Below are positions 15,767 through 35,439 of a stretch of DNA of 64,000 bases, in pieces. The DNA comes from the human T2T-CHM13v2.0 reference genome, Homo sapiens, in NCBI RefSeq assembly GCF_009914755.1, contig NC_060945.1; one strand, written 5' to 3'. Position 1 is the stretch's first letter. Every line of letters begins with the position of its first letter. Made by a program: the position numbers and the translations under genes. The notes below the pieces were generated by a model that did not search any database, was not told the origin of the DNA, and was given only the letters and a program-made list of their open reading frames with translations.

Positions 15767-18574
15767 GTTTTCATTTAAATGCTTTAACTATGTATCTAGA
15801 ATTTAAGCTGATGAATAGTCCAAAAGAAGCCTCAGAATTTACTTATTTTTCCCAAATATTTTTCAGGGCTATGTTTTGAATGGTCCTTTTCTGCTCACAG
15901 ATTTATGTTTCTAACTATTATCTAGTAATAATTTGTGGTTAAAGTTACTAAGATTTGTTTCTGGGCTATTTTTTTCATCCAACGTTATGTTTATCAATAA
16001 TTCTACAACTACCATTTTGTTTTCTAATTGCAAGTTTAGGGTGAATTTACAAATCAAGTCAAACAAGTCTCTTGTATTATACCATGTTTTTCAGTTATGT
16101 TTCTCTCTGTTTTTCATTATCAAATTTATTTCTTCAGATGAACTTCAGAATCATGTTATCAAGTTCCAAAGATTTGAGTCATTAGCCAACACTTGAAATT
16201 TCATTAAATCTACTCATTATTTTAGGACAAAATAAACAGGTTATGATTTGGAGTCAATCTCAAAGAAATTTGTACGTCTTTTGCTTTATTTAAGTCTTCG
16301 TTTTATGTTTTTGTAAAGATTGGCTTTTTTTTTCTTACATATTTGATCTGTCCTTAGCTAGAGAGAGATGTTAAAAATAAATAGAACAGTGCTTTCCTAT
16401 TGATTATCCTTTGTAATTTTTTTAAAAGTTTTAAATTTATAGATAGTTGTTTTATTATCCAGGACACATATTTTATTGTGACTTGTACTTTTAATTCACA
16501 AAACTATTATTCTTTATTTTATTTTTTGTGTTTCCATCTTAAAAATAATTTGGCTGAAATCAATTCTGTTCCTATTTTCTCTGTGTTTGCCTAATAAATC
16601 TTTGCACTTCTTTGACAAAAATGTCATTTTGATTTAGATAGTTTCCTTTTACTTATCATGTCCTTGGATTTTATTTTTAAGCACATCCTGAAGATATTTG
16701 TCTTTTAATAGAAGAGTTTAAACAATGTGTTTCCATAATAATGTAATTGGAACTCCGTCATCTTATTTTGTGTTTTTACTTTGCTTTCCATTCTTTACTT
16801 TATGGGTTTCATGTGAGTTCTCTTTCCATGAAAAGACTTTTGTGTGTGTTTGTTTTCAAGAAATATCATTCATCTATAGTTATCTAATTACCAAACTCAA
16901 GAATAAAATTATATTCTTTGTTAACTCCCAATATAATTTGAGCAAATTCTTTTATAATTTTGTAAATATGACATATGGTTTTGTACTGGAATTATTTTTA
17001 TTAAAATATCTCACATTATATATCCTCTTTTTTAACAACTATCTTTACATTTCCAGATCATTTTGAAACCATATTCTCTGCAGTTTATATTTTGCTATAG
17101 GTGTAACTGGTTTCAATAATACTAGAAATCTTGTATTTTAATTTCTGTTGATCTCTAGGTAGAACACAGCACACATATAAGTTGCACAAAATATCTCCCC
17201 ACCCAAAACAAAAACAAAAACAAAAAAACAGAAGAACAATACAGATCTTTGGAGTCATCCATGATGGTTTTTTCTTTTCCCTTCACATCTACAAATCTGC
17301 ACATCTCATTGTCTTGAGCTGTAGAAGTTGACCTCTTTTATTTCTTCTATAGCTATCACCCTAGCTCAGCCCACCATTGCTGTTTATTGCAATTATGGCA
17401 ATGGTCTTCTATTGGGTCCTCTTCTACAATGGCTTCCAGTTAAAATGTTAGGTAAGCATGTCTCTCCTGTGCTCAGTTCCTTTCGCTCCCCATCTTACTC
17501 TGAGCAAAATGCAAACATACTGCCTACTTTAGTGGAACATGCTCTCTGCCCTCCACCAACCTCCTATCCTCATTGCTCCAGCCACATTGGCCTCTTGCTG
17601 TCCTCTCCATTGCTCCAGCCACATTGGCTTCTTGCTGTCCTCTCCAAGAAGTGAAGCATACTTCCACCTGTAGTGGCCACCCCTCTATTATAATATCCCT
17701 CTGAGAGCTATCCCCTTCCATCTCTCTGGTTTCCACCCACATATCTCCTTATTTAAGAAAACTTTCTGTATTATTCTTCATAAAGTTTCACTCCTCACCT
17801 CCTTCACACCCCAATAAGTAATTGTTTTGTACTTCTCTTAAGAGCAGCAGAACATAAGACAATAGTAATCCTAAATAAAAAGAAACTACCCTAGCTAACA
17901 AAACATGCTAAATTTCAAAAAAAAAAAACTGTACTTTTAGAAACCTACCCTTACATAAAGGCAATATGGCTGCTAGAAGGGGCTGTAAAGAAAAATTCAG
18001 GTTTCTGAATTATGGAGACAAGAACACATTGAACAAAGGCCATATAAAGAATTTCCAAGACTGTTTGTGACCAGATGGAGACAAGTGGGGTGAGTGGGCA
18101 TTGCGTATGGTTCTGAATTCCTCTGTGACTTGCTGTGTTCATGAGTTACTATATTTTATGTTCTGCTGTTCCTATGAGAAAGCATAATTTACTTCGTTGA
18201 GAAAACACGTAGATGAACCAAAACATCTTCCATCTTTAATGACATCACTCACTTTCTGCCAATGTCATATGAGTTCACCCATGTCACAGAAATATGTGCA
18301 TGGCAGAACAGACTACATTTCCCTACTATGATATCTTTGCTTAATTTCCTTGATAGTCCCAGCACACGCAATCTTAATATTAATAAGTATTTTTTTCTTT
18401 TGGGAAATCAATGAGGTTAGAAAATTATGGCTGCTGTATATTGTTCCTCTTTCGTTAATATCTGTAGTGGACTCTTCTAGAAGACAAATGAAACAAAGAG
18501 CTGGGAACTATTTTTGCCAATCGTAGATGAAATCTCTGATCCGAAAATTGTGCTTGGATTTTTTTTTCTTTTTT

Positions 18575-20265
18575 TCTAAGATGGTGAACTGGATGCATTG
18601 TTAGCATGCCTCTCCCACTTGAAAAGACAAAATACTGTGTAGAAATTCATGCTGTGAACGTTTTTCCAAGAAACAGCATAGGAAATTAATCAAAAAACTG
18701 AAAGAAACCACAGACCTATTTCAAAGAAGTGGTGAGCAGCAGCTTACGCCGTGAACCACACAAAAACCTGTGAGTGTCCAGAGCGTGAGAGGGAGAGACT
18801 GCATTTATGACACACACTCTCACTGAGGAGCCAGGCAATCCAGGCCACGCTGGGAGGCCTTCACTCTATCCAGCGCTGGAGCTGACTTACTGCTGTGGGG
18901 AGCATATGAGGAATGGCGTGCGGATCTGCTTTGTGTTCACTCGCAGAATCCAGTGGTGATGGAAGGAAATCATGCCTGATCCTACCTCACGGAGGACCTC
19001 GCAGAAGTCTGCCAGCTAATTGAGTTAATGGTCATGGGATGAGAGATGCTCCCAACAGATGTGCGGTATAATTTTGAGTGGGAATGAACCCCATTGGCCA
19101 GAATTGAGAGTCAAGTGGGAACTGTGCTATAGCCACAGGCACAGAAGCTGGATGCCCACGCTTTGCTGGAGGACCAGAAGAGGTGTGGCCTGAAAGCCGG
19201 AGTTTCTCTCTCAGCCCAGAATGCTTCTGGCCTGGGGCAGTTTGGAATTCTGAGTGCAGGCTGTCTGGAACCCAGCTAGCTGCTGCTAGTAGAACACTGT
19301 GGATGCGAGACCTGCCTTGCCAAGTGTGTGGGGGCTGAGTGGGACTTACTGCCACCTGCTACCCCCGACTCCCCATGTGGATTCATTTGTACAGCAGAGG
19401 CAGCTATACTCCTCCCTGTAACATTACCCCAGCAGGCAGGGAGTTGCCCTCTGATCACCACTGGGGCTGCTGCTTGTACTCACAAGTGGGGAGCCAAACA
19501 GCAAACTTGCCTGACCCAGTCCCCACCTGGCTTTGCCCCTTCATCTGCCCTGGTAGTGTGATACAATGGACAGAGACTCCTGGGAGCTCCATGGCCCTGC
19601 ACATTGCCTGAAATACCAGAGTACGCCACTCCCTTCCCCCCGACTCCCCTACCCATGGTAACATAAGGCAAGCACGAATCCCAAAACTACCAACACAGTT
19701 GGCATTCTTTTGCAAGTGCCACCTCCTGGCTGGAGGCCAAGTGGCACAGCCCATTACAACATCTGCAGGTACAATAACACAGTGCCCAGGAAGGAGAAAA
19801 CTTGCACAACCTCAACTATCACCATTGCCTACATCACCCTGGCTAGCCAGTAGATCTTGAGTCTGTCCATGTGCCCAGTACATGACCACCACAGCCGTAT
19901 TTGAGAAGGCCAACACACTAAGGCTATTTATAACCACGGAAATCTCACAGGGTCTACGTCACTCCCTTCCCACCCACAACTGAGCTGGTACTGATATCCA
20001 CTGCTGGGGGACCAGACAGATCACATCACTGGATCCCTTGCAAACATTCACCAGCACCAGCATGGAGTATGGAAACCTCACTGGGGATGAGACCCAGAGG
20101 AGCAGCAGTATTCACGGTAGTCTGGCCCTCAGGGACCGCTACTCTTAGGGGTGTGGGAGTGCATCACATTAAAGGAGCATCGTATGGGACAAAGGAAACC
20201 AGACTGCAGGCCTTGAGTCCCTGATCTTTCCACTGTGGAAAGTTTCTTTCAGCAGAGGCACAGCT
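18575..20265 (+). mobile_element. Old L1 5'UTR-like segment (L1PB/L1MA type)
   Basis: Starts AAGATGG...GCATGCCTCTCCCACT; GC-richer than its flanks, CpG-decayed; family from recall. Confidence 0.6.
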
Positions 20266-21083
20266 CATCATTTATACCTGTAACAGGAGAGAGCACAAAA
20301 TCTCTCCTTCTTTCAAGCAAGCGGTTAATCAATCTTCTAAAACCAGGATGTGTGTTTTGAGCTAATCTCTGCCAGCAGAGTATCTTAAACTACTCAGCCT
20401 ACTGATGAAAAAAAAATTTCACCAGCAGAGGGCTGAAAAACAATGTGGCAACACCAGAAAGTTGTCTGACATTGCCTTGATCTGAGAGGATGATAGGAAA
20501 TTTTTTGGCTGATTTGATCTCTTAGTGTCCTGAAGTTTAGTGTCATTACTTACATCAAATCAATCTAAGCTATTAAAAAGAAAAGAATTCTGGTGAATGA
20601 GGCAAGATCTAAAAGTGACTTTTTAATCTTATGAGCTATCATTTTAGATTTATATATCTCATTTTCTCAAATGGCATGTATAGTTAATGAGGGTCAGGGC
20701 ATTTCTCATGTATATCCTCCATGTCACTTACTGTGGGGATTTGTACTGCACTAATGTAGACAAATAATTTATTGTGAGAGGTTGTTGTTGCAAGTGGCAA
20801 GTTAGGCCACTGAATTGAATGATTAAATTCTGCGTTTAAATGAGTTCTGGAGGAGCAAGACTAGTTCCCACAATGTGAGAAGATGACTTTAACTTTCAGT
20901 CCTTTAGTCTAGTAGGTAGGAAAAAAAAATAACCAGAAATTAATTTGATTCTCTGCACCTGTACACCTGACTGCTGAGAATGATATGTTCAATTGCTCAG
21001 GGGAAGAACACTTTGAATAACTGAGAGTAAGTTAGAAATTATCACCTATACATAAAAACTAGCATGCTATATTGTAATACCTG

Positions 21084-21415
21084 TGATATGGTTTGGCTGT
21101 GTCCCCACCAAATCTCATCTTGAATTGTAGTTCCCATAATTCCTGTGTGTTGTGGGATGCAGTGGGAGGTAAATGCATCATGGGGGCGGGTCTTTTCTGT
21201 GCTGTTGTTGTGATAGTGGATAAGTCTCATCAGATCTGATGGCTTTATAAAGAGGAGTTCCCCTGCACAGGCTCTCTCTCTTTGCCAGCCGCATCCACGC
21301 AAGACATGACTTGCTCCATCTTGCCTTCCGCCATGACTGTGAGGCCTCCCTAGCCATGTGGAACTGTGAGTCCACTAAACCTCTTTTTTTTCCCAGTCTT
21401 GGGTGTGTCTTTATC
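21084..21415 (+). mobile_element. THE1 solo LTR
   Basis: TGATATGGTTTGGCTGTGTCCCCACCAAATCTCATCTTGAATTGTAG. Confidence 0.88.
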
Positions 21416-21877
21416 AAACTGCAACAGAAGAGGGCACAAACTCCTCCTTTCAAGGAAAAGAAGAAAAACGTAGAGTTCAAAATGTCTGTGGTTAACCACA
21501 TAATCTGAGTCTTCTAGTAAATACTATTTCCTGGGAGAAGTGTAGTTACTTTGGAAGGAATCTGAACTTTTAGTTATTGATATGCCACTTAGTATTTAAA
21601 AGACAGTGATTTACAAAAAGACTATGCAGAAAGGCCTGGGCTTTCCAAGTTTTCTCCAAAACCCCTCAGGTATTCCTGATGAGCAAGTGAAGCATTTAGA
21701 GGGTTTAACTCACCATGTATGTCTAACGTTACTACATGTAATTTATGAGTCATTGTTTTCTACTCAATAGCTAAATACTTTCACGTATTTTTACTTATGG
21801 GATATAATTGAGGAAGAGATACAAATTCAAAAAGCATCCAGAACTGAAAGCTCTTTCCATTTAATTTATGGTATATA

Positions 21878-22118
21878 CCAGGTTGGCAAACTGAATCTGC
21901 AGAACAAATCTGACCCATTATTTGTTTTTGCAAGTAGTTTTTTTAGAACACAGCCATGTCCATTCACTTACTCATTCTTTATGGCTAGTTTTGTGCTACA
22001 ACAGCACAGTTGAGCAGTTGTGACATAGATGGTATTGACAGGATAGTTATTGACAGGATTGACAAAGTTGCAAATATTTACCATTTGGCTTTTTACAAAA
22101 GAAGTTTGCCAACCACTG
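21878..22118. mobile_element. MER58 (hAT-Charlie) MITE
   Basis: TIRs GGTTGGCAAACT ... AGTTTGCCAACC. Confidence 0.75.
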
Positions 22119-22369
22119 ATGTATATTATTAGATACATTAGTAACAAATGACATCATAAATTTCTTTCTTTTTAGCAATCATGTATACCAAGGATATAAG
22201 AAATACATCTCATTAGAAAAAAATCTTCTATTCAGCCCTCTTGCTTCACCTTCCTCTAGAACAAAATCTTATTGCCAAATAATTTAAGAAAATAATTCGG
22301 TCTTCAGATTCAATATTTGTGCCTCAGGTTTCCTTCCTAGGAATGAATTCCCACTTCAAAAAACAGACA

Positions 22370-23667
22370 CACACATTCCAAAAGTGTTCTTTTATTTCTA
22401 GTAACATATATTGTATAAATACTCTATTTTATATGCACTTCCACAAAAGCGATATAATTTAAAAGTTTTTTTCATTAGAAATAAATGTATAAAAATAAAT
22501 ATGTTATTATAGGCATTTATTACTAACTATAGTCCTTCTTGGAAGGAACACCCAAACCAATACTTATAAAGTACATGTAATTTATAGTAACATATTTTAC
22601 TATATACATATGGAAAAAATCATATTCTCACAGAAGAGCTGAACAGACATTCACCAGGATACGACTGTTGGACCAGCTGCTGGAGATGGACCTGCTACCC
22701 CTCAGCAGCCTCCCCACCACAAGACAAGTGATCTCAATGTCCCCAAACCTGTGGGACCCTGTTCTACACACCTCATTTTTGTTCCGGCGTTTCATCCTCC
22801 TTGTGTGATTGTACTGATTTTCATGAGACACAAGTTACTTCTTTACATCCATATTCCCAAAGCAGGGTTACATGGTAGGAAAGAAAGGAAGTTGGAGGTA
22901 CTAAGCTCATTGTGTCTCCTCTAGCTTTTACCAGCATCTAATGCTTCACTGCTTTTTTTCCATTGTAGACTTTAATGCACTTGAATAAATACATGGAGTT
23001 GTTTTTTCCTCAAAATGAATTACACAAATAAAGACTGAGATGGTCCAAAAAAGGAAAGAGGAAGCCATTTGCGTTATTTCACGTTGCTGAGCCTTTCTCT
23101 CATGTTGAACAATCTGAAGTTTTAATTCTCGGTAGAAATAATGTATAAACATTCTCTGAAACCATAGCAGCCATAAACAGTGCTGGTCAAAGATCCTATT
23201 TGTACTCCTTTCTCCCCCCATTGTTAGTGAGGTAAAGTAAAACAGGTCTTAGTAAAATCTCACTTTTCTCCTACTTTTCATTTCCCAACCCCCATGATAC
23301 TAAGTATTTGATAAGTACCAGGAAACAGGGGTTGTAATAGTTCTAACTTTTTTTGACAATTGCTTTGTTTTTTCTAAACTTGTAATAGATGTAACAAAAG
23401 AAATAATAATAATAATGCCCGGGGCTTTATTATGCTATATCACTGCTCAGAGGTTAATAATCCTCACTAACTATCCTATCAAATTTGCAACTGGCAGTTT
23501 ACTCTGATGATTCAACTCCTTTTCTATCTACCCCCATAATCCCACCTTACTGATACACCTCACTGGTTACTGGCAAGATACGCTGGATCCCTCCAGCCTT
23601 CTTGCTTTCCCTGCACCAGCCCTTCCTCACTTTGCCTTGCCCTCAAAGCTAACACCACTTAAACCAC
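22370..23667 (-). other. ADAMTS1: ADAMTS1 3'UTR
   Basis: Runs from the stop codon to about 20 nt past AATAAA at 22396-22391; AU-rich; 3' end approximate. Confidence 0.8.
22391..22396 (-). terminator. Distal polyadenylation signal AATAAA
   Basis: AATAAA followed by a GU-rich downstream element (TGTGTGTGTCTGTTTTTT on the minus strand). Confidence 0.85.
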
Positions 23668-31499
<7,832 letters not shown>

Positions 31500-31500
<1 letters not shown>

Positions 31501-31720
31501 AAGAACCGGGCAGCCGAGCGGTCCTTTTATAGTGGACCAGTGAAACCCCCACCCCCACCCCACTCCTCCCCTTTGGCCCTTTTCCATCCCAAAGACGCCG
31601 CCCCCGGCTCCGTTGGTGCTAAACCGCGCTCCGCGCTGCGGGCTCGGGAGGGGGAGGGGGCAGCCTCCGCGCTGGCTCCACGCCACTGCTCGTCAATCTA
31701 GGGGCGGAAGGGGCGCTGTG
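31500..31720 (-). promoter_or_regulatory. ADAMTS1 core promoter: TATA box and GC boxes
   Basis: TATAAAAG at 31531-31524 (minus); GGGCGG boxes near 31598 and 31702; G-run cluster at 31546-31572. Confidence 0.85.
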
Positions 31721-34700
31721 ACCAGCACTTTGTACTGCTGGGGCCGCTCCAGGGAGAAGACTCTCCCTTCCACCGCTTTTCTCCCTCGCCGGTTTCCTGG
31801 ACCACCCTTCCTCCCCACCGCCCGGTTGCGGTAACTCAGTTACCGCGCTGGGCTGCGGTTCCCAGGAGGGAGGGTTCGATTGGAGAACGCAGTCCCTTCT
31901 TCAACATTTCCCTATCCTGGAGCTGCCCTGGGTCTCCTTCCCTCCTCCCTCAGTTCCCTCTTCCCCAATCTAGGAGATGAGCTAGGGCTACACTTTCTAG
32001 AAAAATACCTCACCCCACTTCTCCACCTTCCCAGCCTGCCAGGAGCTCCTTAGCCGCCGCCTGCTCTCTCTTCGCCCCAGCTTTTCTAGGGAAAGCTTGG
32101 CCCTGCGCTTCCCCCAGAAAGCATGCCTGGGTGAGGGGCCAGGTGACACTTCTTACGATCTGGATTTTAAAATATGTTTGCTTATGCCTTCACCCTCCAC
32201 CAACCCCCACCCCGCACGCCACCTCTTCCCCAGAGACGACTTTGTGAGGGCCCGGTTTCACATTTCTGGAATGGGTGATCTGGGACGCGGCTCAATTCCC
32301 TAGAGCATAAGGAGGGAATTGCGCTTTTTCTTCTTCATTCGAGAAATGATCGGCTCCCGCCAGTCTGCGTGCTTTCACTCAACAGCAGCTGCAAGCCCTA
32401 GGCCAGCGTCGCAGAAACGGCCAGGAACCCCACTTTCCTACCCGGGGGCCAGCAGCGATCGCTGGGGCTAGCAAGCGTGCAGAGGGGGAAAGAAGGAAAT
32501 CGGCTTCCTTCCCGGACCCCTCCTTCCTCTTCCTACCAGGAAGGGAAAAGGCTATATCCGCGTTACGAAAGCGAGGAGAGGTCCACCAACAGGTCCTTAG
32601 GAAAAAAAACTGAGTGGCTCTTCTCTCCAAAAAGTGGGAGGGGCTCAAGGACCCAGAGGAAGGACGTGTTTCACAGGCGGAAAGCCGCGGGGACAATGGC
32701 GAGAGCGACCGCCCTAGCCCCGGGCGGACCCGCAACCCTCACACTCGCGCGCCCCCGCGTTAGTGCTCGAACTGGTCTCCGCCTTTCCGCCCCACTCCCG
32801 TCCGGTCTCTTGGTTGGCTCCAAGTAGATCTGGGTCCTTTCCTCGCTCCTCCCCAGATCTTCCCCACTTCAGTTGGCCCCAGCCAGAAGCGTCCCTTCTA
32901 GTTCTCCCACACGTCCCTCTTACAAGCTTTCTTTTCCGGATGCTTTCCAACTTCTTTTTTCCTAGCGAGATTGCTTACTTGAAAAACAAAAACAAAAACA
33001 TTGCTTTCCACTCATCAGGAAAAATCAAATGAGCAAGAATGGCAGAGAGAAGCAACTCAGCTTACTTCTGAAGGGCTTGGTAACGACCTCTAGTCCCTAC
33101 ACATTTAGGAGTGGGTGGTTTCGTAGATTTAATTTTGGTTTCCTAAAATCACCCTCATCGTTGAACGTTGAATAATCAACCAAGGCCTTAGATATATTTT
33201 GACAGCGCTCGATTAACATTCTGATAGTGTTTCTGCCTACCTCTTTTCACTGAGTCTCTCCTTTGCAGCCCTCGCTGTCTCTCCCCCCCTCCCGCCGTTG
33301 CATTTCTCCTTCAAACTCAACATTGACATCCGCACACCTGAGTGTGTGATTCCTTTCTGCATTGTCAAGCATTGTCCAGCCTACCTCCTTCTCTTCGACT
33401 TCGAACTACGAGGATTATTCCTTCCTGTTTCTCTGTTTCCCAAGCGTCTTTTCCCAAACATCTGATCATTCCTACTTCCCAGTTTGGTTTTCAGACTTTT
33501 TTTTTTTAACATTGTTATCTTCTATTACAGTAATTTTTTGACGGTCCATTTTCTATGATTTCATTTCATTTTACTGGTTCTTTCTAGCTAGAAAAAAGGC
33601 AAGATACTTGAGAGAACATATGAGGAAAGTCATGTTAGACTTTCAAGATATTGACCGCGGGATCACAAAAGCTTGAAGGCAAAGCCATCCGTACATTTTC
33701 AACCTCTTGCTTAGAAAAGGGCTCAGAAGATAATATATGGTGACAACAGTTACAGCCTCAGAGTGGCTTTGAGATGGAGATTTGAGATGGAGATTTTGGA
33801 CACTCATAATCTCCATCTCAAGGAGAGGTGGCCCAGAGGCTGAATGAAGATGAGTGAAGGTAGATGTGATTCCCTTAAATTGGGGCAAAAAGGGACAAAA
33901 ACAGCAGAAAATCTGTATCTTTAAAGACATATGTAATGTATTTCAGTCTATCAACTTCTCTACATAAACTTTAGCTTTTAAAAATATGTTAACGTAAGTT
34001 TGACCTTTAGTGTGTTTCTACCTGCAGGGTATTCTTATTGGAGGTTTGTTTAAAAGCATACATTTCTGATCTTGAATGGGTTACTACAAATCCATTATAA
34101 TTGTTTCATATTTCATGTTGCAGATACAAGTAGGGTTGAAAAAACAGTGAGTTAAAGGCAAAAGGATGGCCGGGAACATGGCTTTTTTATTCTCTGGGTT
34201 TCTATCCAGATTTCTGTTCTTTTGCATAATGACTCCAATCTGTTGTGCACCTGTAGTTCTGGGAAATGATTCTTTTTTAATCGCTTCAACAGAGACATGG
34301 ATGTTGGAGTTGCCAACTACTAAGCTGAAAAACTCCATCTATGCTCAGAAGAACATTTAATCCACTTACTTTTTCTCTTTTATTTAAAGATTAGCACTCA
34401 TCAGGCATTTGTGGTAATATGCAAATATATACATAGGACATATATGTATATTTATAAGCAAAATGTGAATTGGAAAAACATTTGAATGTAGAAACAAGAC
34501 CACAGGAGTAAATTTGTACAAGGCACTAGTAAAAGTGACATGTAATATGGGGTTCTTGTAGTGAGTTTCATAATCCAATTTTTGCTCCTTGATTTGAATG
34601 GGCACCCAAAATAACACATGCTATCCTAATCCCTACTCCCCATATTTTGGGTTTTATTTTTATAGAATACATATGGGCTTATATAAACATTAATCTCAAC

Positions 34701-35123
34701 ATGTTCTAATTTACATATGTAAGCTAATTTTTATTTCTAGAGATAACAGAACAAAACTCAAAACATTTGACATAAAATTATTGGAACAATTAACAGTTTG
34801 ACCTATTAAACACATTATTGTCCTCTATGAACAGAGGGACTGTCTGAAAAAAAGAACAAGTTGTCTGCATTTTAAAGTGAGAGATAAGCATCAAGGTGTC
34901 AATTTCTATTTACACCTTATGTGTTCTTATTTGTTTCACTGATTCATATGTTATAGACACAATATTCTATTCACAATTTTCACGACGTCTATACCAAAGT
35001 AAGTATTCAACAAGTAGCCATGAAATGAGGAAATCTGGTAATATACATGAGCTATTAGAATTGTTTTAATGTAAACATTGTCTAGAGAAACAACTAATGT
35101 GCATATTTCATAACCGGGAAATG

Positions 35124-35124
<1 letters not shown>

Positions 35125-35160
<36 letters not shown>

Positions 35161-35439
35161 AGACGGAGTCTCGCTGTCGCCCAGGCTGGAGTGCAGTGGC
35201 GCAATCTCGGCTCACTGCAGGCTCCGCCCCCTGGGGTTCACGCCATTCTCCTGCCTCAGCCTCCCGAGTAGCTGGGACTACAGGCGCCCGCCACCTCGCC
35301 CGGCTAATTTTTTGTATTTTTAGTAGAGACGGGGTTTCACCGTGTTAGCCAGGATGGTCTCGATCTCCTGACCTCGTGATCCGCCCGCCTCGGCCTCCCA
35401 AAGTGCTGGGATTACAGGCGTGAGCCACCGCGCCCGGCC
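35125..35439 (-). mobile_element. Young AluY (Ye5-like)
   Basis: Pure ~35-nt poly(A), CpGs retained, perfect TSD CGGGAAATGCTTTTT. Confidence 0.93.

Noticed and set aside
19032-19754. Cluster of ORFs in a GC-rich block
   Set aside because: Lies in an L1 5'UTR-like repeat with no recognisable protein motifs
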